From: an uncultured Chloroflexia bacterium
GTDB taxonomy: Bacteria; Chloroflexota; Anaerolineae; Anaerolineales; UBA11858
Assembly: GCA_963716695.1 (NCBI GenBank)
Contig: CAVQTT010000024.1
Location: forward strand, 311,562-351,561
Reading direction: 5' to 3'
Length of the DNA stretch: 40,000 nt
A program made the position numbers and the translations under genes. The stretch's first letter is position 1, and the number at the start of each line of letters is the position of its first letter. The notes beneath the pieces were generated by a model. That model did no database searches, had not been told where the DNA came from, and saw only the letters and a list, made by a program, of their open reading frames with translations. Below are positions 8,415-17,052 of this stretch, piece by piece.

Positions 8415-10151
8415 TTAGCAGATTAGTGCCGCAAACATCAATTTTCCTAGTTTGAATACTGATGGTGATGCTTCAAATTCTGCCAACTGTCTAGCAAAAA
8501 CATGAGCCCTCTTGGAGCCGATTGTTAGAGGGTCCATACGTTTAAATGGTGCTCTCAAAATGACCTTTTCAACATGGTCGAGCATAAGAAAATTGAAAGC
8601 TTTGCCATTTCCCGATTGAATATCATAGATATCGTGACCAGGTATCCCACCCCAGGGGCATACCATAGTATAGGCGGAGTAAAATGGCAAGGCATTGAAG
8701 GAAACAGTGCCATACCGCAAGTTGACTATTGCTCGTTCTATTGCCTTTGCGACTGCGGGTTTTTCCAATGTTTTAGGATGTACGATCAAAGCTACACATA
8801 ATGTTCCCCAAAGCTGGTTATTTGCGAATTCAACTGCTAGATCTATATATTCTTCAATTGTACCTGCATCAAGAGATGTTTCTGCACACAATCCTCCAAA
8901 AGCCTCACGTCTAAAGCAGATATCATCAGAATTGGTTGGGTCAACATTCGGCATAATTATCCATGGAAGATGATCGCCTGACTCTATGCCTAACTTCAGC
9001 GCATCGGGGTGCGCACCAAGATATTCTCTGTGGATTTCGAAAGAGCCCGGGTAATATGCCTTGCGTGTCGGATATTGATCCAGTTCCAATCTTATAGTCT
9101 CCGTCAAATCGATTCTTTGAGACCATGACTTGTGCTGAATGATTACCCTTGGTGTGTGACATGTAAAACCTGCATTCGCAACGATCCACGTAGCTATTTG
9201 AGTTGCGTACTCATCAATATCGTTCTTTTTCCACGGACCAGGAACGACAATCACAGGTGTTACATTGCCCAATTCGCCTGAGAATGGCTTATTATTGAGT
9301 GGTTTGCGTGCTAATTTTCGGCTAACTCCTTCAGAACCGCTACCGAAAACTATGGCTTCAAAGGTTCTATCTGACCCGGTCATGTGGATTTCTTCGACTA
9401 GCGGATGGCTGGAAAGATACTCTCCCACATCTGCACCACCATATACAACAGCCAAAAATCCCCGTTGTATCAGGCTTTGGAAGCACCGCTCAACCACCTG
9501 CCCAATGTGTGCATTAACCGGATTCATTTTTAGCACTACGACCTGTAGATCAACGAATAATTTGTGGAAACTATCGCAAAATGGAAGCATGGCAGCGTTC
9601 CCACCTGCAAGCACCAAGGCAACTTCACCATGATAGTCAGGATCTCGGTACCTCGCAGCCTGTGAATTGAGAACATCTTCCGGTTGTATTCTTGGGATGG
9701 TCCAAACATTGCCGGTTATCCCCCGAAAAATAAGGCGATCCCACAACGTCTTGGGAAAAACGGAGAATACAGACCTTCCATCTGGCCCAGGTTCGATTGG
9801 ACCAGGAATAGTTGGGCGTCCTTGGGATTCTATATCCACTAAAGATGATTGAATCTGGCGGATGGCTCGAAATGCTTCTGCTAGGATCACCCATTCTTCT
9901 GAAACACCAAATGAATTTGCAGTTATCCCTTTAGCGCTCAGCTCCAATTGAACTAGAGCTTCTCTGACTTCCCAAAGCTCCCTTCGGACATTATCCAGAA
10001 GTTGAATGCGCTCCCGATTTTCAAGCTGAACCCATTCACTTTTATGAGCTTCAAGAGTTTGGATGAGGTCATTTATTTCATTGCGCGGTGTATTTTCCGT
10101 TTGCTTGATATGTTCATTGCTCATCAGAAAAACCTTTTCATTAATATTCAT
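8415..10151 (-). CDS. Cassette 7: aldehyde dehydrogenase family protein (long, 578 aa)
   Basis: GELGNVTPVIVVPG is the catalytic Glu region and ANAGFTCHTPRVI the catalytic Cys region of the ALDH fold. The start could alternatively be M10 (10124). Confidence 0.75.
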   Translation of the reverse strand: MNINEKVFLMSNEHIKQTENTPRNEINDLIQTLEAHKSEWVQLENRERIQLLDNVRRELWEVREALVQLELSAKGITANSFGVSEEWVILAEAFRAIRQIQSSLVDIESQGRPTIPGPIEPGPDGRSVFSVFPKTLWDRLIFRGITGNVWTIPRIQPEDVLNSQAARYRDPDYHGEVALVLAGGNAAMLPFCDSFHKLFVDLQVVVLKMNPVNAHIGQVVERCFQSLIQRGFLAVVYGGADVGEYLSSHPLVEEIHMTGSDRTFEAIVFGSGSEGVSRKLARKPLNNKPFSGELGNVTPVIVVPGPWKKNDIDEYATQIATWIVANAGFTCHTPRVIIQHKSWSQRIDLTETIRLELDQYPTRKAYYPGSFEIHREYLGAHPDALKLGIESGDHLPWIIMPNVDPTNSDDICFRREAFGGLCAETSLDAGTIEEYIDLAVEFANNQLWGTLCVALIVHPKTLEKPAVAKAIERAIVNLRYGTVSFNALPFYSAYTMVCPWGGIPGHDIYDIQSGNGKAFNFLMLDHVEKVILRAPFKRMDPLTIGSKRAHVFARQLAEFEASPSVFKLGKLMFAALIC

Positions 10152-10154
10152 GGC

Positions 10155-10270
10155 GCATAACGGATTAAGCTCACCCGCAGCCGGATCCTTTTTTCGGTCT
10201 TCCGTCCTCCGTCCCCGGTCCGCCGCAGGCGCTCATCCTGAACGAAGCCGAAGGAGAGCGGGGGTTAGTT
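10155..10270 (-). repeat. attC site (116 bp) closing cassette 6; boxes GCATAAC / GTTAGTT
   Basis: gcataacggattaagctcacccgcagccgg ... gaaggagagcgggggttagtt. The mazF stop codon lies in the R'' box. Confidence 0.8.
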
Positions 10271-10603
10271 TGAGATAATCTCGTTTAACCCTTCCACAAT
10301 GATTTCCAATTCTTCGGAGTCAACCTGGCCAACCTTATTGTCAAGACGCGAGGTGGATATTGTCCTTACTTGGCTGATCTTGACCCACGACTTTTTTTGT
10401 AGATCCCCGCTTTTCAGTTCATGGGTTAAAGGAAAACCAGCTCTGGGCGGCTGGCTTGAAATAGCCATGGCGATAACTGTGCCAGACTTATTATTGAAAA
10501 CATCATGACTGATAATCACAACTGGCCGAACACCAGCTTGTTCATGGCCTTTTGTAGGATTCAGATCAGCCCAGTAGATGTCCCCTCTTAATATTCTGGC
10601 CAT
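10265..10603 (-). CDS. mazF: Cassette 6: MazF/PemK-family endoribonuclease toxin
   Basis: 112 aa. RGDIYWADLNPTKGHEQAGVRPVVIIS is the canonical PemK/MazF N-terminal motif. It overlaps the upstream antitoxin by 16 nt. Confidence 0.88.
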   Translation of the reverse strand: MARILRGDIYWADLNPTKGHEQAGVRPVVIISHDVFNNKSGTVIAMAISSQPPRAGFPLTHELKSGDLQKKSWVKISQVRTISTSRLDNKVGQVDSEELEIIVEGLNEIISN

Positions 10604-10839
10604 TCAGATAAATCTCCTAAGAGACCTTCATCTGCCAGAGCTTGTTCATAAGCAGGATCAAGTTTTGCAGATTCCTCAGCTAATCTTGACTTTTCCACTT
10701 TGACCATGCGTTCAATAACAGCGTCTTCAACTGCTCTGCTCCGGCTGGGATATTTTCCTTCGGAAACCATGCGATCCAATTTCACTATAAGATCCTTTTC
10801 CATTGTGACCGCTACTTTTTGCTTTGGCATGTTTATCAC
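10588..10839 (-). CDS. mazE: Cassette 6: ribbon-helix-helix (CopG-like) antitoxin
   Basis: 83 aa. KVAVTMEKDLIVKLDRMVSEGKYPSRSRAVEDAV shows an RHH pattern, with the acidic C-terminal tail typical of antitoxins. The start may be M5 (10827). Confidence 0.75.
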   Translation of the reverse strand: MINMPKQKVAVTMEKDLIVKLDRMVSEGKYPSRSRAVEDAVIERMVKVEKSRLAEESAKLDPAYEQALADEGLLGDLSEWPEY

Positions 10840-10896
10840 CTCTAGTATGACATTCTATCATACCTCTGACCAGAATTGTCAAATGAATTTATCGAA

Positions 10897-10983
10897 AACT
10901 AACGGATGAGCTCACCCGCCTAAGATAATTTGATTATACTTGCGCCGCCGCCTCATCAGGGTCGGGTGGAGGTTGGGTTAGGC
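10897..10983 (-). repeat. attC site (87 bp) closing cassette 5
   Basis: aactaacggatgagctcacccgcc ... cagggtcgggtggaggttgggttaggc. Confidence 0.85.
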
Positions 10984-10986
10984 GCA

Positions 10987-11796
10987 TTATTTACTCCAAA
11001 AAAGATAAAACAAGATTGCCTGTGGGCCATAATTCATGATGCCATGCAATATAGCAGGTGCAATTATGCTTTCACTTTTTTCACGCACAAACCCTAAGAT
11101 CAGCCCAGCAAACATGGTCCAGAGAACATGCGGCCATTCTGGCGCACCAGATTTCCAGCCTAAATGCCAAAGACCAAAAAGCACAGATGAGATAACCAAT
11201 CCTAATCCCCAACTAACCCCAAAGAATCGATTGGGGCGATCAAATACTGAATTCAGGCGAGACTGGATATATCCGCGAAATAGAATCTCTTCACTTAAGG
11301 CAACAAACAAGTAGAAATAGATGATAGCAACAATGGCGCTCGCAAACTTAGACGAGATTTGAGATCCAACTGGAAAGAGCAAAAAGCTGCTTATGACTCC
11401 AATATTCTGCCATGATGGTTTGTGTCTAACCATCCATGCAAACCAGAAAAGCAATCCAATTTCGACGATGGAGATCAGAGTTGCTCCAACCCAATGGGTC
11501 CAATCAATCCTACTGAGAAGAACACCAAGAACGAAAAATGGGAAGAAGCCATAAGCGGTTATATCTAATTGATAGTGGAGTTTCTGGGAAAAAGGGCTCT
11601 GGTGCTGCCTCTGAGTCCTGAAAATGTAAAGGCAGAAGGAAGTAATCAATAGAGCTGCATATCCTGGAAAAAGAAAACCGTTAATGGAGTTGGTTATCTT
11701 CATTGCCAGCGGAATTGAATTGACAAACCTGAAAAGGCAAATCATCACGATGAAGACAATGCTGACTTCAATTATGATTAGTATTTTTGCCTTCAT
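10987..11796 (-). CDS. Cassette 5: second CPBP/Abi-family intramembrane endopeptidase
   Basis: Motifs EEILFRGYIQSRL, FGLWHLGW and PAILHGIMN. ATG 11796 (MKAKILII...) is preferred over the upstream TTG at 11835. Confidence 0.82.
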   Translation of the reverse strand: MKAKILIIIEVSIVFIVMICLFRFVNSIPLAMKITNSINGFLFPGYAALLITSFCLYIFRTQRQHQSPFSQKLHYQLDITAYGFFPFFVLGVLLSRIDWTHWVGATLISIVEIGLLFWFAWMVRHKPSWQNIGVISSFLLFPVGSQISSKFASAIVAIIYFYLFVALSEEILFRGYIQSRLNSVFDRPNRFFGVSWGLGLVISSVLFGLWHLGWKSGAPEWPHVLWTMFAGLILGFVREKSESIIAPAILHGIMNYGPQAILFYLFWSK

Positions 11797-11845
11797 ACCG
11801 GCAACCTTTTCAACATTGAGAAGTTTGATTATCAAAACACCATGC

Positions 11846-11969
11846 GCCTAACGGTTTGCGTTACCCGCCGCCGGGGTTAACAAGGCGACAAAATCATAAT
11901 AGCATGAACCTCTGCAAAGTTACTGTGCGTACCTCCGGCGTAGGCAGTCGGGTGCACGCGTTGTTAGGC
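11846..11969 (-). repeat. attC site (124 bp) closing cassette 4
   Basis: gcctaacggtttgcgttacccgccgccgg ... ggcagtcgggtgcacgcgttgttaggc. The hydrolase stop codon lies in the R'' box. Confidence 0.8.
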
Positions 11970-12785
11970 AGAGTGATGAATGAATTTCTCTACCAAATCG
12001 TTGAAAAGCTCAGGTCTTTCAAAATTCATAGCATGGCGCGCTGCGAGGACAATCCTGGCTTCGGCGTGCGGGACATTGCGCAGAATCTCCTTTGTATGAC
12101 GAAAAGAATTCTTTGGCTCAAGCTCTCCATTCAATATCATTGTAGGGCAGGTTATTCTCTCTAACGGTAGCGTATTGAAGCCATAGATAGCATTCCATAT
12201 CTTCAAATACTCGTTGCTATTCATCCGAAGCATACATTGCTCGAGATACTCTTTGGCCGCTTTGTCTTGACTCAACCAATGCTTTCCTCGAGTGAGGCGG
12301 GCTAACAAAAAGGAGAAGCGAGTGAAACTCTTAACGTTCATCGTTTTGATCGTCAGCTCCATAGCCCATTTTGGGAACAGGACGTCACAAAATAACTTAT
12401 CTAATAAGGTCAATCTTATTGAGACAGCAGTGGACGCAAGCACCATTGCTTTGAGACGTTCTGGATAAAGTACAGCAAATGCTTGGGCGATACTTCCGCC
12501 CCACGATAAACCGCAAATAATTGGTAAGCGAATATCCAATGCATCAAGCAGGGAACAAAGATCATTATTATAAGTATCCATGGAATACCTGCTTAGATCA
12601 GACCCCCCCGTTTTCCCGTGGCCGCGCAGGTCATAGCGTAAAAGCCGATATTTGGATGAAAAATATTCCCATTGAGGTTCCCAAATACGAGAATTGGCAA
12701 ATGCACCATGAATAAACACCAGTGAAGAACCTTCCCCTATTTGTTCATAATAGTGCTCCAAGCCATTTATTTGAATTTTTGGCAT
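11964..12785 (-). CDS. Cassette 4: alpha/beta-fold hydrolase
   Basis: 273 aa. It has the oxyanion region LVFIHGAF, the nucleophile elbow GLSWGGS (GxSxG) and a C-terminal His region AARHAMNFE. Confidence 0.85.
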   Translation of the reverse strand: MPKIQINGLEHYYEQIGEGSSLVFIHGAFANSRIWEPQWEYFSSKYRLLRYDLRGHGKTGGSDLSRYSMDTYNNDLCSLLDALDIRLPIICGLSWGGSIAQAFAVLYPERLKAMVLASTAVSIRLTLLDKLFCDVLFPKWAMELTIKTMNVKSFTRFSFLLARLTRGKHWLSQDKAAKEYLEQCMLRMNSNEYLKIWNAIYGFNTLPLERITCPTMILNGELEPKNSFRHTKEILRNVPHAEARIVLAARHAMNFERPELFNDLVEKFIHHSA

Positions 12786-12802
12786 TTGTATAGATTCACT
12801 CT

Positions 12803-12932
12803 GCCTAACGGATGAGCTTCGCGAAGCATGCTGAGCACAGCGAAGCTCACCTGCAGCCGGGTCTTGGTTTGTAGGATCCTTTATCCCAGGCCATCCACCT
12901 TAACCAGCTGTCGGGTGGAGCGTGGGTTAGGT
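12803..12932 (-). repeat. attC site (130 bp) closing cassette 3; carries an extra inner hairpin (gagcttcgcgaagc...gcgaagctcac)
   Basis: gcctaacggatgagcttcgcgaagc ... ccaccttaaccagctgtcgggtggagcgtgggttaggt. Its right half closely matches the attC at 14515-14614. Confidence 0.85.
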
Positions 12933-12935
12933 GGA

Positions 12936-13256
12936 CTATTTAGCTAATTTACTATATGCAAATCCAAGAGCAGAACCCAAAATCAGAGTCATTATCAAAA
13001 TCGGTATTAATGAAATTGGGTCTTCCCAACCAATGATGGGCAAACTTGGCAACAAACACAAGAAAGAAATAACTACACCCTTGAGAATAGGTGAGAGTTG
13101 AAGGTTAGAGGTTGCAAGGACAAAACCTGAGACAACCCAAAGAAGGAAGGCAGATAGGTTAGCATCCCAGGTCAAGCCTTGAATTACCATAGGTATCAGG
13201 TCGATGATGCCTGCTCCAATCCCAAATAAGATTCCAATCCGAATATTTTTCTTCAT
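12936..13256 (-). CDS. Cassette 3: small 4-TM membrane protein of unknown function
   Basis: The start is moved to ATG 13256 (MKKNIRIGILFGIGAG...) because the track start 13343 lies inside the attC. 106 aa, almost entirely hydrophobic. Confidence 0.65.
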   Translation of the reverse strand: MKKNIRIGILFGIGAGIIDLIPMVIQGLTWDANLSAFLLWVVSGFVLATSNLQLSPILKGVVISFLCLLPSLPIIGWEDPISLIPILIMTLILGSALGFAYSKLAK

Positions 13257-13313
13257 AGAACGTTCCTTTTTCCGAGAAGGAATATTGCTTATGTTTTTGT
13301 TCCACCTAACGGA

Positions 13314-13432
13314 ATAGCTCAGGCGCAGCGGCGGTGACTGCAAGATACCTTCCCATCATCGCGCCATTTCGTGCAATTCGCGCACCGTACCCATAGGGGC
13401 GGAGCCGCTGTCGCCTGGAGCCTGGGTTGGGC
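13314..13432 (-). repeat. attC site (119 bp) closing cassette 2; R'' GTTGGGC
   Basis: acctaacggaatagctcaggcgcagcggcgg ... ccgctgtcgcctggagcctgggttgggc. Confidence 0.8.
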
Positions 13433-13500
13433 GGCCTTTACCAAGAACTAACAATTATCTATTTTACGGACAAGAGATTTCTTCCAAACAGAAACCATCA

Positions 13501-14493
13501 TCAATGGACAACACCCCCCCAGGAAGGCCAGAGATCCCCAACCTGGTTATTCGTTAGCTGAAATGGATTGAAACCATCATTGCCCTCGAGAGCTTCTTCA
13601 ACGTTAATCGCGTAGATCTCGAAATCCCCGTCATTGCTCGATTGATAGACAATCCAATTTCCATCCGGAGACCAGGTTGGATTCTCAGCGTTACCTTGAT
13701 AAGTTAGGCGTCGCTCATTGCTGCCATCTGCATCCATAATATATATCGCTCGATCCTCAAGGACTGCAAATGCAATCCGGAGACCATCTGGCGACCAGTC
13801 AGGGAAATAATCCAATCTGCCATTCTGGGTCAGACGGCGCTGGTTACTCCCATCCGAATCTGCCAGGTAAAGCTCGACATTTCCATCCCGCTGGGAAGCA
13901 AAGACAATTTGTGTTCCATCCGGTGACCAGTCTGCCCAAAACCCACCTTCTATCAATAGCTGCAAGTCGCTGCCATCTGCATTGACAATGTAGATATCTC
14001 CTTGAAGGTCTTTCTCTGTATCGACACTTATGCTTGTGCCGTTTGGGTGCCAATCCGGGTGAAGGGTGGAAAACTCGGTCTCTATCAACTTATGATCCCT
14101 GCCGTCATCAACGTTAATGATGTAGAGTTGGTAAAAACAACTATGGACACAAGCGCCCGAATTCGGATCGTCCCGATCGGAGATGATGGCAATCTGAGAA
14201 CCATCTGGAGACCAGACCGGTGAATATTCATCGCTTTCATTGGAAGTCAAGCGGCGTTGATTGCTTCCGTCCGGATTCATTGTATAGATTTCAATGTTGC
14301 CATCACGATGGGAATAAAAGGCAATCATGCCATTAGCATCGTCACTAACAGGTATCATAACCATGGGAGTGATCGTTTCTGACGGCTGAATTGCGCTAGA
14401 GGGAGTGTCCGCCTGCAATGGGGCATCTACCGCCCGACAAGCAACGCAGATCCCCAAGAGAAGGAACGAGAAGAAATTAGATCTTCTTACCAT
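13501..14493 (-). CDS. Cassette 2: secreted/lipoprotein PD40 (TolB-like) beta-propeller repeat protein
   Basis: 330 aa. It has the signal peptide [19 protein letters not shown] and the repeated blocks DGSNQRRLT ... WSPDG. Confidence 0.85.
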   Translation of the reverse strand: MVRRSNFFSFLLLGICVACRAVDAPLQADTPSSAIQPSETITPMVMIPVSDDANGMIAFYSHRDGNIEIYTMNPDGSNQRRLTSNESDEYSPVWSPDGSQIAIISDRDDPNSGACVHSCFYQLYIINVDDGRDHKLIETEFSTLHPDWHPNGTSISVDTEKDLQGDIYIVNADGSDLQLLIEGGFWADWSPDGTQIVFASQRDGNVELYLADSDGSNQRRLTQNGRLDYFPDWSPDGLRIAFAVLEDRAIYIMDADGSNERRLTYQGNAENPTWSPDGNWIVYQSSNDGDFEIYAINVEEALEGNDGFNPFQLTNNQVGDLWPSWGGVVH

Positions 14494-14514
14494 AATTCTT
14501 GCCTCCTGTTGGCC

Positions 14515-14614
14515 GCCTAACGGATGAGCTCACCCGCGGCCGGGTCTTGTTTTAATGATCCTTATTCCCAGACCGCCCACCTTAACCGGCTGTCGGGTGG
14601 AGCGGGGGTTAGGT
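14515..14614 (-). repeat. attC site (100 bp) closing cassette 1
   Basis: gcctaacggatgagctcacccgcggccgg ... ccaccttaaccggctgtcgggtggagcgggggttaggt, with canonical boxes at both ends. Confidence 0.9.
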
Positions 14615-16525
14615 GTCAAGTCCTATCCAGCTTTGGACAATACCTGGGTCAATCCAATCAATCACAACTGCATCCTTTGGCAGATCAATCTCCACCGGTT
14701 TCCAATCGTCTACCTTAGAAATACACACGCCGCCAATAGAACCTCCACCCACATCACCAGTGTTGAGGATCGCCCAATCAGCTTCAGGATTCCAAATTAC
14801 ATTGTAATATCCCTCAATGTAATATTTTTCTGTGCCATCTAACCTGATTACGAAAAGTCCACCTTTCCTATTATCAGGATTTATCGCCCTGAACGAAACC
14901 CAATTATTATCTGGACTCCAATCGGGAGCCATCGGTAAGCCTTCACCTTCAACCATCGTATAGGGGTATAGCAATCGGAGAGTGGTGTCTTCAAGATTGT
15001 ATATTCCAATCCCGTTAAGCCACGCTTGATCTGTGTCTATTCCCACACCCCAACCTATATATTTTCCATCTGACGACCAAGATGGGTAATAAAGTTGATA
15101 TTCAAGACCTTGATCAGTATTTATAATACCTGGCGATATCTTTGAAGATCATAGTCCTGTGTAAATAGCTCTCCACCAAATATTGCGGCGGTGGATCTGT
15201 CAGGCGAGATCCTGAAGTGACCGTTATCTTTTTCCTCAGAATAGACAAGGTATTCTGAACCATCAAGATTTATTGAGGTCAAGTAACCTGAGAAGTATGG
15301 AATAAATTCATCATCAGTATTTCTTGACGAGAAAATAAGTTTGTTTTCATTGCCAAACAGCCTTGGCCAACCTTCAATACGATCTTCTGTGTTTGAAAGA
15401 TTGGTCTTTGTTCCTGTTAATATGTCTATAGACCAAATATCTGGACGCCGGATTGAGTCTGAATAAAGATCCGAGTTATAGAAGATAGTTCTGTTATCGA
15501 TTGACCATGTTGCTGAATGTAGGATTTCTGCCCATTCCCTATCAGGATCCCGTATTTTCTGCCACTAGTGATGGCTCCCCTCCATTGACTGAAACCATAT
15601 ATATTGATCCAGCTTGGCTAAACATGATCCATTGTCCATCAGGGTGCCAGGCTAAACCATTAAAGAATTCCAGGTTATCAATTATTAATTGTTCATGTTC
15701 CAACACCACATTAATTATCCACAGCTTGTGGTTAGAATAAACTGCCAAAAGTTCACTCGTAGGTGACCAAGATTTTAAGATATTTGTCGGATGCGAAAAA
15801 GATAAGAATGGTCCCCTAGCCTCGTCTCTACATTTTGAAGGGTTATCTATACAGCTTAAATCACTAATGTATAAACCTTCATTAGGTTCCGGTCCCAAAG
15901 TTGAAAGTGAATCATACCCATATGAGACCATTTCTCCATTTGGAGAAACCAAAGGGTCAAGAGAAAGCATCTACATTTTCCTGGGCGATGATAAAGTTAT
16001 CAAATCGTTTGTCTTGAATATCAAAAATAAATAAACTGTAACTACACTCAAACATCAATCTGTCTCTTGAAGGGAACCAAGAATAATCAAAACAATATTC
16101 CTTCTCAATCAGATACTCTTCTTTACTTCTATCTTGCGTATTGAAAACGATAAGCGTGTTATCAGATAACAACGCGAAGTGTTTGCCATCATCGCTTATT
16201 TCGCCCCATGAATTTCAATGAACATAATACGATTTTCTGACTGGTTTTCCGGTAAAAGATATAAGGATTCATCGGTGTAGTTATAGTAGATAATGCTGTC
16301 TCCGTCAGGTATAGTTGAATAATCAATTATCGTTTCAAAGACATCCCGCGGAGTAGGCGTAACGCTTGGTACATTTTCTGTTAGGTAGATAACAATATTA
16401 GTCGGTGTGGAAATTGGTTCAGAAGTGTATATTGGATCGGGGTCCTCATTTAGGAAAGTTGTCTCAGGCACATCGATTGGGTTAGGCAATTTATAGCAGC
16501 TGCTTACGAATAAAATCATTATCAA
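14609..16525 (-). pseudogene. Cassette 1 (attI-proximal): degraded ~640-codon beta-propeller (PD40/TolB-like) lipoprotein gene
   Basis: Colinear fragments 16525-16196, 16172-15957, 15970-15542 and 15046-14609 lie in different frames. The 15047-15541 gap still translates to propeller-like peptides (e.g. LYYPSWSSDGKYIGWG) across further shifts. An N-terminal lipobox-like IAICLIMILFVSSC has no ATG. Confidence 0.75.
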
Positions 16526-16779
16526 GCAAATAGCAATTACTCTATTTTTCGTTCGATTGAATGACAGATAATCTAGAGAGGACGAAATGTAACGTCGATG
16601 AAAGAGGAATTATCGTGATACACTTCGTTGATGATAGCTGGTCACTAAAGGACCAATACGGAATATATTGTCATTATCGAAAACTTGGAATAATCAGGAA
16701 GATCCGGTAAAACGAGATGTGCTTGACTGTTCTGGTACTGAGTGGCGAGGCATTTAATGATTGTCTCTCTGAATATTTC

Positions 16780-16890
16780 ATCGCTAACACGCGAACGCCA
16801 ATATCGTCGATTAGGAGCGACTCTACCGATGCCAATAAGAGGTAATCATTCCATCGATATATCGGTTATTAAACTTGACAGCTAACGTTA
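16780..16890 (-). promoter_or_regulatory. Candidate attI recombination region (two possible crossover boxes, plus-strand CGCTAAC 16782-16788 and AGCTAAC 16880-16886)
   Basis: Only these two RYYYAAC-like boxes lie between the first cassette ORF and intI. The second sits in the palindrome TTAACGTTAA. The exact attI site cannot be fixed from sequence alone. Confidence 0.35.
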
Positions 16891-16978
16891 ATTATCTCTT
16901 AAATGCGGGATAAACCCTTATCCCTTTACCCGCCAGATGTGGGTAGATAACTGATTATGATGTTATCCTGCCTACCTC

Positions 16979-17008
16979 TTGAACCGGGCGCTTCTCGTCT
17001 GTGATAAT
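16979..17008 (+). promoter_or_regulatory. Putative intI promoter (TTGAAC - 18 nt - TG-n-GATAAT extended -10)
   Basis: The sigma70-like hexamers end 44 nt upstream of the intI ATG. A GGGAGGGGG Shine-Dalgarno lies at 17041-17049. Confidence 0.4.
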
Positions 17009-17052
17009 GGCAGTGTAACATATTCCAGGCGATCTTAACTAGGGAGGGGGAC

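Noticed and set aside
676-14614. The regularly recurring ~100-bp repeats might be a CRISPR array or REP/MITE elements.
   Set aside because: The repeat units vary from 65 to 166 bp. Each is an imperfect palindrome bounded by RYYYAAC/GTTRRRY boxes, and they are separated by whole genes (0.5-2 kb), not 30-40-bp spacers. They also sit next to an IntI gene, so they are attC sites.
16999-17015. A LexA/SOS box overlapping the intI promoter (tCTGtgataatggCAGtg).
   Set aside because: The spacing is CTG-N9-CAG, not the CTG-N10-CAG of the gammaproteobacterial box. The LexA motif of the likely host lineage is different or unknown, so this may be coincidental overlap with the extended -10.
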